A DNA stretch of 59,631 nucleotides, counting the filler, from Candidatus Zhuqueibacterota bacterium (lineage in GTDB: Bacteria; BS750m-G25): NCBI GenBank assembly GCA_016783505.1. It is 2 parts of 2 records of this genome, joined end to end, with 100 filler letters (N's around TTAATTAATTAA, not from the genome) between each part and the next. Parts side by side here need not be neighbours in the genome. Positions count along the whole stretch, not along the records: positions 1 to 29,822 come from JADHWK010000026.1; 1 more part is not named here. One strand, 5' to 3'. The translations under genes and the position numbers were made by a program. Below the pieces are notes generated by a model. The model worked only from the letters and a program-made list of their open reading frames with translations. It was not told the origin of the DNA and ran no database searches. Shown here in pieces: positions 1-9,422 of the stretch (position 1 is the stretch's first letter; each line of letters begins with the position of its first letter).

Positions 1-76
1 CTTTCTTGCTCAGGTATATTTAACGAACAAAACCGTTTTAGAAAGGAAGTACCTTTATGGTCAGTAGCGCAAGTTA

Positions 77-787
77 TTAATGGAACATTTTGAGAAGAAA
101 TCTGTTACCATAGTGTAAACACCCTGACAAGCTATGACACTTTATATAAGTTAATACTAAGAATATTGAAAACGCAATAAACCCAAAACTTAATTGAATT
201 CGGTCAGTTTCAACAACAGCCTTAAAACCACCTACAACTATATAAATTAGTGCAACTACAACAAATATAAAAAACAACAACATAAATAAAGACTGACCTT
301 GAGTTGTGTTAACAGCTGAAATTATTATATTACTTGTAAATTCTGCTTCAAAAAATGCTGTACCAGATAGACCGAGCATAGAAGCAATAGCAGCAATTCT
401 GGCTACATTCCCACTTTTATATTTTTTAGCTAAAAAACCATGGATGGATAGAGTAGATTCACTTTGAATATATTTTTTTAAGAGATCATAATCATTTAAT
501 TTTTTTAATAAGAAAAATCCCAAAAACCAAAAGACTGCAACCCATATTGTCCAAAAACCATATATATAACCCCAAGATGCAAAGAGTGAAATGGCTGCAA
601 TCTGATAGGCATATGCAACAGTAGTGTTTAAGAATTCATTGTTATTTATTTTTTTATCAGCCAAGAAGAACTCTCTTGTTGTTTTAGCCCAAGAGATTTT
701 TCTTAATTTCCATAGGAAGATGAAGATTGGAAATGCGACGATTAAAGTTAACAAAATGTACCGAAACGCATTCATTTTTCCCTCCAT
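77..787 (-). pseudogene. Sodium:solute symporter (SSS)-like membrane protein, N-terminal half only
   Basis: EFFLA, HGFLAKKY and YIVVGGFKAVVETDRIQ motifs and several TM helices; only 236 aa, and it ends in non-membrane sequence after LTYIK. Confidence 0.55.
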
Positions 788-891
788 TTAATTTTTTAAA
801 GATATTAATTTGATATTTAAATTATGCAGCTAACATATAATAGACTGCCCCATAGCCGTGTTATAACACGGCGTTTCGGCAAGCATAAAAG

Positions 892-993
892 TTAGATCAC
901 CTTCGCCTCTTCCTTCAGCAGCCTCACCAGTTCGCAAGCAGCACCAGTCCCCTCCCCCACAATCCTTCCTGGCGGCCTGGAAGGAGGATACTC
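892..993 (-). repeat. Diverged copy of the etfB 3' end (distal)
   Basis: Translates EYPPSRPPGRIVGEGTGAACELVRLLKEEAKVI*, matching the C-terminus of 2570-3319. Confidence 0.95.
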
Positions 994-1119
994 TACTGCT
1001 TAAGTGATTTGTTAGCTGACCTTCGACTGCTTTTGACATGACGACAATATCAACAAGGATACTGCTGATCACCGAAGAGGAAATCGGTAATTTTCGTCAG
1101 TAGTTTCTTAGGAGTCCAT

Positions 1120-1371
1120 TTATTTGATAATTCGTTCGTATTCCTCATGAGTGCCAATCCAGACCCAAGTGAAATCATCACCATCTTTGACGGCAAGTGC
1201 TCTATAGTCGAATCCTACTCTGGCAGACCATAACTTCCCAACCTTCTTAAAATGCAAGGAGGGATGCAACGGATTAGCCTTTAGAAGTTGAAAGTTGTTT
1301 TTAGAAATTTTCTGAACATAAGATGGAAGTTTCTCAAAGCATTTCCAGAAACGATTCGTTGTCCGATGCAT
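1120..1371 (-). CDS. RelE/ParE-like toxin
   Basis: 83 aa basic protein with NPLHPSLHFKKVG..WSARVG..YRALA..WIGTHEEY; follows a small acidic ORF. Confidence 0.8.
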   Translation of the reverse strand: MHRTTNRFWKCFEKLPSYVQKISKNNFQLLKANPLHPSLHFKKVGKLWSARVGFDYRALAVKDGDDFTWVWIGTHEEYERIIK

Positions 1372-1572
1372 CTAAAGCTCTTTCAAAGTACCAGCATTTT
1401 TTTCATCAATAGCTTCCCTGATCAAGAAATCCAGCTTTCCTGACTGTGAATCCTCCTCGATCTGTCTGTCCCATTTTTCCCAGTCCTTTTCGGTGAACCA
1501 CTTTCTCAGTTGAACAAAATCCTCCTCTGGAAGGGATTCAATGGTTGCCTTGATTTCGTCAACTTTCGACAT
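1372..1572 (-). CDS. Putative antitoxin
   Basis: 66 aa acidic protein (WDRQIEEDSQSGKLD) directly upstream of the toxin. Confidence 0.75.
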   Translation of the reverse strand: MSKVDEIKATIESLPEEDFVQLRKWFTEKDWEKWDRQIEEDSQSGKLDFLIREAIDEKNAGTLKEL

Positions 1573-1647
1573 TGATGTCTCCCTTCTATCCTCTTATTGA
1601 TTGTCTCGACTTAGGTCAAACTAATAAAACTCGCAGTTATTACCAAT

Positions 1648-1857
1648 TCAGAACATTACTGAAAAACCCTCTTTAACAAAAGACCCAGCAAAGGTGATAT
1701 AAACCTCTGTAATACCTTTCTCTGTTAATTCTTTATCAAATGCCCAACGGTCTTTATTATGGAGAATTACTTCCCCCTCTGGATTATCACTCTCATCGAA
1801 AGCCCGGAAGGCAATCCATTCACCTTCATATGTAGTTTTGGCTTCCTCAATCTTCAT
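1648..1857 (-). CDS. DUF5678-like small protein
   Basis: YEGEWIAF..GEVILH motif; RBS GGGGGAG. Confidence 0.6.
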   Translation of the reverse strand: MKIEEAKTTYEGEWIAFRAFDESDNPEGEVILHNKDRWAFDKELTEKGITEVYITFAGSFVKEGFSVMF

Positions 1858-1893
1858 TATCTCCCCCTTTTTTATGGGACAACAGCATAAAAG

Positions 1894-2005
1894 TTAGATC
1901 ACCTTCGCCTCTTCCTTCAACAACCTCACCAGTTCGCAAGCAGCATCGGTCCCCTCACCCACTATCCTTCCCGGCGGCCTTGGAAGTGGATACTCCATCT
2001 TTAAC
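1894..2005 (-). repeat. Diverged copy of the etfB 3' end (proximal)
   Basis: Translates LKMEYPLPRPPGRIVGEGTDAACELVRLLKEEAKVI*. Confidence 0.95.
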
Positions 2006-2016
2006 GTTTTATTGGT

Positions 2017-2322
2017 TTAATGATTAGCTTTGATCCTCGTTTTCCAATATCCAGGTTTCCTACGCAAATGCATTACTGCGATAATCTCAATACGCTCTTC
2101 TTTACATCTGTATATTAGACCATAAGGAAAACGGAGAACTCGACATTGCCGGATGTCATCTTCAAGAATGTGATAGAGAAGTGGATTTGCCTGGATCCGT
2201 TGGACTGCATCGCGTAAAGCTGCCATCAAGCGCTTGCCTAATCCCGATTGTTGGGATTCGTAATAGCGAATGGATTCGAACAATTCTGCCCTTGCCTCAG
2301 CATGGAATTGAACCGGTTTCAT
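2017..2322 (-). CDS. RelE/ParE family toxin
   Basis: FHAEARAEL..YESQQSGLG..RFPYGLIY..IIAVMHLRRKPGYW. Confidence 0.9.
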   Translation of the reverse strand: MKPVQFHAEARAELFESIRYYESQQSGLGKRLMAALRDAVQRIQANPLLYHILEDDIRQCRVLRFPYGLIYRCKEERIEIIAVMHLRRKPGYWKTRIKANH

Positions 2323-2549
2323 CCGGATTTCCTGCTAAGCTCTTTAAAAACCTGTTCTGCAGGAATTAATTCCACTACGCCTTCATCTATCTCTTTACAG
2401 CGACGCCGGATTTCATCCATCCACTCTGCGCTCACTTCAAAATCTTCCTCGTAATCAAGACTTTCAAGCAGTTTTTCTGCCAATAAAGCCCTTGTTTGCA
2501 GAGGAAGATGGAGTACCTCTCCCACAATTTTGTCAACATCTACTTTCAT
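2319..2549 (-). CDS. Addiction module antitoxin
   Basis: LLESLD..WMDEIRRRCKEIDEG; overlaps the toxin start by 4 nt; likely start MKVDV at 2549. Confidence 0.85.
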   Translation of the reverse strand: MKVDVDKIVGEVLHLPLQTRALLAEKLLESLDYEEDFEVSAEWMDEIRRRCKEIDEGVVELIPAEQVFKELSRKSG

Positions 2550-2569
2550 ATTGGGAAATAACAAAAAAG

Positions 2570-3319
2570 TCAAATCACCTTCGCCTCTTCCTTCAGCAAC
2601 CTCACCAGTTCGGGAACAGCATCGGTCCCCTCTCCCACGATCCTTCCCGGCGGCCTGGAGGGGGGATACTCCATCTTCAACACTTCGATGGAGGGTTCCA
2701 CTGGACAGGGTTCCAGCATGGAAATCTCTTTTTTCTTTGCCGTCATAATACCCCGTAGGGAGGGATAGCGGGGTTCGTTAAGTCCCTTCTGGGCCGTAAT
2801 TACGGCCGGCAGTGGAGTCTCCACCACCTCGATCCCTCCCTCTACTTCGCGGTGGGCCACTGCCTTGCGGGCCGAAATTTCCAATTTTACCACTACCGAT
2901 ACCGAGGGCAGGTTCAAAAGTTCAGCTACCATCACCCCAACCTGCCCCTGATCCACATCCATGGCTTGTTTGCCAAACAGGAGCAGGTCGAATTCCATAC
3001 CCTTCAAGGCATCGGCCAGCAGGGTCGCTGTGACCAGGGAATCCCCGTTGAACTTTTCCGTTTGGATCAAAGCCGCCTCATCAGCCCCCATGGCCAGGCC
3101 GGTGCGCAGGGCCTTGGTAGACCCTTCACCCCCCAGGCAAAGCAGACCCACCGTCCCCCCGAACTTTTCCTTAAGCCGGAGGGCCTCCTCAACAGCATAC
3201 TCATCATACGGGTTCAGGACGAAGTTAACGTCCTTTTCGTCAATGGATTTTCCATCGGAACTAATACGAATAGCCGCCTCCGTGTCCGGCACCAGCTTCA
3301 CACAAACCACACTTTTCAC
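2570..3319 (-). CDS. etfB: Electron transfer flavoprotein beta subunit
   Basis: VCVKLVPDT, NPYDEYAVEEALRLKE, GKQAMD, NEPRYPSL. Confidence 0.95.
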   Translation of the reverse strand: MKSVVCVKLVPDTEAAIRISSDGKSIDEKDVNFVLNPYDEYAVEEALRLKEKFGGTVGLLCLGGEGSTKALRTGLAMGADEAALIQTEKFNGDSLVTATLLADALKGMEFDLLLFGKQAMDVDQGQVGVMVAELLNLPSVSVVVKLEISARKAVAHREVEGGIEVVETPLPAVITAQKGLNEPRYPSLRGIMTAKKKEISMLEPCPVEPSIEVLKMEYPPSRPPGRIVGEGTDAVPELVRLLKEEAKVI

Positions 3320-3426
3320 GTTCCATCCTCAAAACAATGCGTCAATTATTCCAGAAAAACCCCTCCTCTTTCTGGTATCTAAAGTAAAACATTTTTTCCT
3401 AAAATGCAATAGTTTTTTGCGGGAAT

Positions 3427-4044
3427 TCAGGATTTTTTCGTCAACCTGATGATCTCTCCGCTTCGGCTTTCATCCTTCAAGGGAAGGGGGAAAGCTACCG
3501 GCCTGAGCGATGCTATCTGGGGACGGCCCCGGGGGCAGACCGAGCACTCCATGAGTTTACCCCCGTAGAGGGGACGGGTCATCAAAAGCAGGCGTTCCCC
3601 GGTATCAATCTCCAGAGCCGTGCATCCCCCCACCAACCCGGTCTTCAGCCGCTGGGCTAAACACCCGGCTAAACTTTTCCCATAAGGGGTGGCCGCCAGC
3701 AAAAGGACTTCGGGATTATGGGACTCCACAATAGCCGCCAGCCTCCTCACCCAATCCATCCAATCATACCCTTCCCCCTCGACAATCAACAACCGGTCGG
3801 CGCCGTAAAAAAACATCCCCCTGGCCAGCCCCTCATCTTCCCGGGGGAGGATGGCGCTCACATACACCCCCAGGGTGTCCGCCAGCTCCCGGGCTTTCCC
3901 TAAAGCCTCCAGGGAGGCATCCTTGACCCGATTCTCATCCACTTCCAGGAAAACAATCAAACCGCTGGGCTCCCCCCCTAATCCCTCCTCTTCCCCACCA
4001 AAGTAGCCAAACAATTGATCTTCAGGGACGGTTTCTTTCACCAT
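3427..4044 (-). CDS. ETF alpha-like protein, N-terminal domain only
   Basis: SLEALGKARELA, GADRL, TRPLYGGKLM, PQIASLRP; no FAD-binding C-terminal domain. Confidence 0.75.
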   Translation of the reverse strand: MVKETVPEDQLFGYFGGEEEGLGGEPSGLIVFLEVDENRVKDASLEALGKARELADTLGVYVSAILPREDEGLARGMFFYGADRLLIVEGEGYDWMDWVRRLAAIVESHNPEVLLLAATPYGKSLAGCLAQRLKTGLVGGCTALEIDTGERLLLMTRPLYGGKLMECSVCPRGRPQIASLRPVAFPLPLKDESRSGEIIRLTKKS

Positions 4045-4134
4045 CTGTCCACCTTCTATTATCAGCAGGTCACAATGATGCTAAGAAGCTTGCAAGTTGC
4101 CAAAATTGCCATAAGTTCAAAAATTTCAAAAATT

Positions 4135-4315
4135 GTAACAGTTTACCCCGTTGTCATTCCTGTCCCAAGATCGTTTCCCAAGACCCTTCGGGCCGACAGT
4201 CTTTAAAGCAGGAATCCATACTTTCTGATTAGTCCCGAAGGTTCGGGACGGGAATGACAAGATGACTAACTTTTGAGGTTCTAAACAGGTTATTCTTGAC
4301 AGAGTGAACTGTTAC
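4135..4315. mobile_element. MITE with GTAAC terminal inverted repeats and an 8-bp target duplication
   Basis: Ends GTAACAGTTTAC and GTGAACTGTTAC; exact flanking direct repeat CAAAAATT (4127-4134, 4316-4323). Confidence 0.8.
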
Positions 4316-4433
4316 CAAAAATTTTTATAATTTAGTTTGATTCCTTGGAAGTTCTGTATTAAGTTCAAAATAATTTTTGAAATTTTGGCCCCGAAGCTTC
4401 GGGGAACTTTTTGAAATTGGTGAGGTTGAGGAC

Positions 4434-5126
4434 TTATTCTGGCACAAAGGTCATCCGCACCTCGGTCATCGAGCCCTCCCGACCCACCTCGCCCGGGGAC
4501 AGGCTCAGATCGGCCACCCCCCAGACGGTGATGTCCTTTCTGAACGCTTGCATGATCCTCAGGGCACTGGGGATTCGGGGGGAATCGGCCCTGTCGGATA
4601 CCGTAACCAAGAAGGGGGCTTCAATCTTAATTTCCCTACTTTCATCATTGGACTGGCAAACCGCCCACACCCCTTCCCCCTCGACCCGAAGGCCCCTGAC
4701 GTAGCTTATCAGCGGAATTTCCAAAGCCTCTGCTAACCTGGATCCCGTCTGACCCGTTCCCCCAACCGTTGAGAAACTGCCAACGGAAACGAGATCATAG
4801 CCGCCAATCTTTTTTATTGCAGCGGAAAGCACACGAACATTGGCGGCCGCATCCCCCCCCGCAAACGCCGGGTCACAGAGATGAATTGCCCGGTCGGCCC
4901 CCAGGGCCAGCGCCTCCCTCAGAACATCCTTTGCCCCTTCCTCCCCCAGGGTAAGGGCAATAACTTCCCCGCCAGTCGCTTCTTTTAGTACCAAGACCAA
5001 TTCCAAAGCCTTCCCATCCACCGGATTCATAACCCTCTTTTCCGTCTCGATGACCTCGCCCCGGCTCCGGCTCACCTTCATGGCTTCAACATTGGGCACC
5101 TGTTTTATCAATGCAATAGTCTTCAT
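4434..5126 (-). CDS. Second, divergent ETF beta subunit
   Basis: LIKQVP, MNPVDGKALE, LREALALGADRA, GTGQTG; start MKTIAL. Confidence 0.85.
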   Translation of the reverse strand: MKTIALIKQVPNVEAMKVSRSRGEVIETEKRVMNPVDGKALELVLVLKEATGGEVIALTLGEEGAKDVLREALALGADRAIHLCDPAFAGGDAAANVRVLSAAIKKIGGYDLVSVGSFSTVGGTGQTGSRLAEALEIPLISYVRGLRVEGEGVWAVCQSNDESREIKIEAPFLVTVSDRADSPRIPSALRIMQAFRKDITVWGVADLSLSPGEVGREGSMTEVRMTFVPE

Positions 5127-5331
5127 TTCTATCAATCCCTCCAAAGGGACAGGGTAGCATTTTTTCAAAACAGATTTTAATCATTCAGCAACATTCCTTG
5201 ATGCTGAAGTTGTAGCCGCAGGTCACGCCATAGGCGGATCTGCCTCAGGCATGACTTTATGCCTGCGGTCAGTCAGGCTGGTCAGGCGCCCAACTGAATG
5301 ATAACTCCACACCCATAAAGGGCGTTATGAT

Positions 5332-6489
5332 TTAATATCTTCCCTTTTTGATCACGTCCCGGGCGATGATCATCCGCTGGATCTCGTTAGTCCCCTCGAA
5401 GATGCGGTTGATTCGGGAGTCCCGGTACATCCTTTCGATGGGGTATTCCTGCATGTATCCCATTCCCCCGTGAATCTGAACCGCCTTGTCCACGATCCGA
5501 TCTAGGGCCTCTGTGCAATACATCTTGGCGATAGCGGCTTCCCGGGAATATCTCATTTTCTGGTCGCACATCCAGGCCGCCCGGTAGACCAGGCTTTCCA
5601 TGGCGTAGACCTCAGCAGCCATTTCGGCCAGCATCCATTGGATGGCCTCCTGTTCGGCAATGGGTTTTCCGAACTGGACCCGGGTCTTAGCGTGCTGGGT
5701 TGAAAGGTCAATCAATTCCTTCCCCGCCCCTACGCAGCCGGCGCCTAAGGAAAGCCGGCCCACATCCAGCGTCTTCATAGCGGTAAGAAAACCAGCACCG
5801 AAACGCCCTAGTACATTCTCCTTGGGGATCCGCATGTCTTCAAAGACTAAGGTTGAGGTCCGGGTCCCCCGGATTCCCATTTTATGATCGTCTTTTTCCG
5901 CTTTGAAGCCAGGGGTATCCGCCTCTACGATGAACGTCGTTACCCCGCCCCTGGCCCCCAGGGCCTTATCGGTTACCGCAAAGACGCTTACGATGTCGGC
6001 AATAGAACCATTGGTGATAAAAATCTTCTCTCCATTCAGGACATAATCATCCCTATCCCTCACCGCTGTCGTCTGAATGGCCGCCGCATCGGAGCCGGCA
6101 TTGGCCTCTGTCAGGGCGAAGGCGGCGATCTTCTCGCCCCTGGCTAATGGAACCAGATATTTTTTCCTCTGTTCTTCCGTCCCATCCAGGTAGATGGCCA
6201 TGGCCCCGATGGACTGGTGAGCACCGATCATCACCGTCGTGGAACCACACCCCCTGGCCACCTCCTCCATGAGGATACAGTATCCAATCTCCTCCATCCC
6301 CGCCCCCCCGTATTCCTCGGGAAAGACGATGCCGAAGAACCCCAGTTCTGCCATTTTCTTAATGAGATCCTCAGGAATTTCCTCCTCTTCATCAATCTGC
6401 CTGGCCAGCGGTCTCACCTCCTGATCCACGAACTTCCTGACCATATCCCGGAGCATATTCTGCTCCTCGGTAAACGTAAATTCAATCAT
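5332..6489 (-). CDS. Acyl-CoA dehydrogenase
   Basis: FALTEANAGSD, NGEKIFITN, QIHGGMGY, IFEGTNEIQR. Confidence 0.97.
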   Translation of the reverse strand: MIEFTFTEEQNMLRDMVRKFVDQEVRPLARQIDEEEEIPEDLIKKMAELGFFGIVFPEEYGGAGMEEIGYCILMEEVARGCGSTTVMIGAHQSIGAMAIYLDGTEEQRKKYLVPLARGEKIAAFALTEANAGSDAAAIQTTAVRDRDDYVLNGEKIFITNGSIADIVSVFAVTDKALGARGGVTTFIVEADTPGFKAEKDDHKMGIRGTRTSTLVFEDMRIPKENVLGRFGAGFLTAMKTLDVGRLSLGAGCVGAGKELIDLSTQHAKTRVQFGKPIAEQEAIQWMLAEMAAEVYAMESLVYRAAWMCDQKMRYSREAAIAKMYCTEALDRIVDKAVQIHGGMGYMQEYPIERMYRDSRINRIFEGTNEIQRMIIARDVIKKGRY

Positions 6490-7047
6490 ATCCTCTCCTT
6501 CTTTTAAACCCAGAGTTGTAAATTCTCACTACCTACCAGAGTTACCACTATGAAACCTCCATCCCGAATCTTCGGGACAAATGGGGATAAAAATACCCTT
6601 CTCTGCGTTCTCAGCGAACTCTGCGGTGAAAGTATTTTGGCAAAGAAAATAAAACCCGGAAATATCAGCGATTTTATTACATGAATTTAATTGACCAATA
6701 CGTGAATATTTACACACAATAATTGAAAAAACAATCTATTAATTTATGGCATTACTAAATTCAGGGGAAAAATCAATATATGCACAAAAAATGATTATGT
6801 GTTAAGCTACAAAAAAACAAGTAAAAATAAGCCCCCATAATTTATTTGACCTTTTCGGGTTGTGTTAATATACGAATGTTCTTTATATTGTCAAATAAAT
6901 ACCCCTAAAAAAATCGCTGAAATATCGGGATTAACTCCATTACTTTGAAATTGTTGGAGTTAAGGCGTCAGCCTTTTATAAAAAGTCTGTGTAATCTGTG
7001 GTCTATTTTCAGTTGAAAAATGATAATTGAAAAGACCAGAACCTATC

Positions 7048-7827
7048 TTATTTATCCTGAAACTTCGGCTGTCTCTTCTGGATGAATGCACCAATTCCCT
7101 CCCGCATGTCCTCGGTCTCGCAGATGAGGCCGAACAGATGGGCTTCCATCTTAAGGCCTTCCTCCAGACTAACCTTTAACCCCTCTTCAATGGCCTCCAT
7201 TACCCGGGCGATGGCCACCGCCCCCTTGGCGGCAATGCGCTTGGCAATTCCCTGGGCCTGCTTGACCACCTCCATCCCCGGCACCACCTTGTTCACCAGC
7301 CCGATGCGGTAGGCCTCCTGGGCGGTGATCATGTCCCCGGTGAGGATCATCTCTGCCGCTTTCGCCCTTCCAACAATCCTCGGCAGCCTCTGGGTTCCCC
7401 CAAAACCCGGCATAATGCCCAGGTTGATCTCCGGCTGACCGAACCGGGCCCTATCGGAGGCGATCCGGAGGTGACAGGCCATGGCCAGTTCGTTCCCCCC
7501 ACCCAGGCACATGCCGTTGATGGCGGCGATGACCGGCTTGCGGAGTTTCTCCAATTTGTTGATGATACCCTGCCCTTTTGAGCAGATGTCCTCGCCATCC
7601 TGGACCGTCTTCAGGGTGTTGATCTCGTTGATGTCGGCCCCGGCGATGAAAAACATCCCCGCCCCGGTGAGCACTGCGGCCTTGATTTCGTCGTTATTGG
7701 CCACCTCGTCAATGCATTTATCCAGATCTTCCATGGTCGGTGTATCCAGTGCATTAGCTGGTGGGTGGTCAATGACGATCAAGGCCACCCGGTCCTCCAC
7801 CGTAAATTTGACGTTCTGCAATTCCAT
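7048..7827 (-). CDS. Enoyl-CoA hydratase
   Basis: AGADI, LGGGNELAMAC, GQPEINLGIMPGFGGTQRL. Confidence 0.95.
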   Translation of the reverse strand: MELQNVKFTVEDRVALIVIDHPPANALDTPTMEDLDKCIDEVANNDEIKAAVLTGAGMFFIAGADINEINTLKTVQDGEDICSKGQGIINKLEKLRKPVIAAINGMCLGGGNELAMACHLRIASDRARFGQPEINLGIMPGFGGTQRLPRIVGRAKAAEMILTGDMITAQEAYRIGLVNKVVPGMEVVKQAQGIAKRIAAKGAVAIARVMEAIEEGLKVSLEEGLKMEAHLFGLICETEDMREGIGAFIQKRQPKFQDK

Positions 7828-7857
7828 TGTTCCCTCCTGATTACCTTTTTAATCTTT

Positions 7858-8171
7858 GTAACAATTCAGCCACCCCGAAATAGTCACTTCACGACAATTC
7901 ACCTCCGAAGGAATCCCTTCGGGAAAAGGCACAAAGAAAAACGAATATGATAATCTTTAAATTTGGCTCTAGGTCGTTTCCCCCTATTTTTAAAGGGGAA
8001 CTAAGGGGAATTTTAAAATTTTTCGTTCAAAGCATTTGTTTTCTTTTGAAAAAATCCCCCTAAATCCCCCCCAGCCCTCCTTTATTAAAGGGGGGAATAA
8101 GGGGGGATTCAAAGGGAGACTTTGAGAAAGAACAAGGGATTCATAAATAGGATTTAGTGGTGAACTGTTAC
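7858..8171. mobile_element. MITE, same GTAAC family
   Basis: Ends GTAACAATTCAG and GTGAACTGTTAC; flanks TAATCTTT / TAATTTTT (7 of 8 match); internal CCCCCT..AAAGGGG palindromes. Confidence 0.7.
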
Positions 8172-8200
8172 TAATTTTTCTCCAGGTTTATTTTCAGAAA

Positions 8201-9409
8201 TTAATGGGTGTAGAACCCTCGACCGGTCTTTTTCCCCAGCAGTCCCCCGGCCACCATTTTCTTCAACAACGGGGCTGGCCAGAAGCGAAAACCCAGTTCG
8301 CCCTTTAATTTTTCTAAACCCTTTAGGATGAAATCCAGTCCCAGCTCATCAGCATATTTCAGGGGACCTCCCTTGTCCTGGGGAAATCCCGTTCCCGCCA
8401 TCATAGCAATATCAATCTCCGAGACCGAGGAGATTTTCTCCTGAAGAGCCAGAATAGCCTCATTGACCATAGTATAAAACAGCCTTTCGGGGGAAAACTC
8501 TGTCTTTTTCAGTCCCTGTTCCTTTTGAATCTTAGCGATGATTTCCTGCAGACCTTTTTCAGAACCGTCCTCGTCATAATAGCCGGTCCCCGATTTCTGG
8601 CCGTATCGTCCCTCCTGGTAGAGACGTTCGATGATAATCGGCGGTGCCATCCGGTGGCCGTAGCCTTCCTCCATAATCTTGGAGACCTTATAGACAACGT
8701 CGTTCCCCAGCATATCACATAGGGTGAAGGGACCCATGGGCATGCCGAAATCCACCATCGCTTTGTCTATTTCGGTGGCGGTTGCTGCTCCCTCCTGAAG
8801 GGCCGTAGCGGCCTCCCCAAGATAGGGGGCCAATAGCCGATTTACCAGAAAGCCGGGGCATTCCTCTACCCGGACGGGAAGTTTTCGCAGGGATTCAGAG
8901 AAGGCCATCACATCGTTTACCGTCTCGTCGGAGGTCAGCACCCCGGGGATGACCTCCACCAGCTTCATCACGTGAGCCGGGTTGAAGAAGTGCATCCCCA
9001 CCACCTTCCCCAGCCTTTTGGTGACCGAAGCAATTTCGGAGATGAACAGGGCTGAGGTATTGGTGGCCAGTATGGTTGTCTCCGGGCAGGCCCTGTCCAG
9101 TTCAGCAAAGACCTTTTTCTTAACCCCCATATCTTCGGGCACCGCTTCGATGACCAGGTCCACATCGGCAAAGTCATCGTAGGTCAAAGTCCCCGTGGCC
9201 AGCATGATCTTGGGTTCGGCATCCTCGGGGGTCATCTTCCCCTTATTTATACGGGACTGATAAATGGAACGTACCTTGGCCAGCGCGTTATCCACCGCTC
9301 CCTGATCAATATCCTTCACCACCACCGGAATCCCGGCGTAGGTGATCACTTGGGCGATAGCCCCCCCCATGGTTCCCCCTCCCACTACAGCAGCTTTATA
9401 AATATACAT
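8201..9409 (-). CDS. 3-hydroxyacyl-CoA dehydrogenase
   Basis: GGGTMGG Rossmann motif, VIEAVPE, GMHFFNPAH, GFLVNR; duplicated C-terminal domain. Confidence 0.95.
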   Translation of the reverse strand: MYIYKAAVVGGGTMGGAIAQVITYAGIPVVVKDIDQGAVDNALAKVRSIYQSRINKGKMTPEDAEPKIMLATGTLTYDDFADVDLVIEAVPEDMGVKKKVFAELDRACPETTILATNTSALFISEIASVTKRLGKVVGMHFFNPAHVMKLVEVIPGVLTSDETVNDVMAFSESLRKLPVRVEECPGFLVNRLLAPYLGEAATALQEGAATATEIDKAMVDFGMPMGPFTLCDMLGNDVVYKVSKIMEEGYGHRMAPPIIIERLYQEGRYGQKSGTGYYDEDGSEKGLQEIIAKIQKEQGLKKTEFSPERLFYTMVNEAILALQEKISSVSEIDIAMMAGTGFPQDKGGPLKYADELGLDFILKGLEKLKGELGFRFWPAPLLKKMVAGGLLGKKTGRGFYTH

Positions 9410-9422
9410 TTATCCTCCTTTC

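Noticed and set aside
830-1072. 80-aa ORF
   Set aside because: Out-of-frame reading across the etfB tail copy
892-2682. Gene-tail repeats as DGR template/variable repeats or as CRISPR
   Set aside because: No reverse transcriptase or cas genes; differences are not adenine-specific; spacing is kilobase-scale
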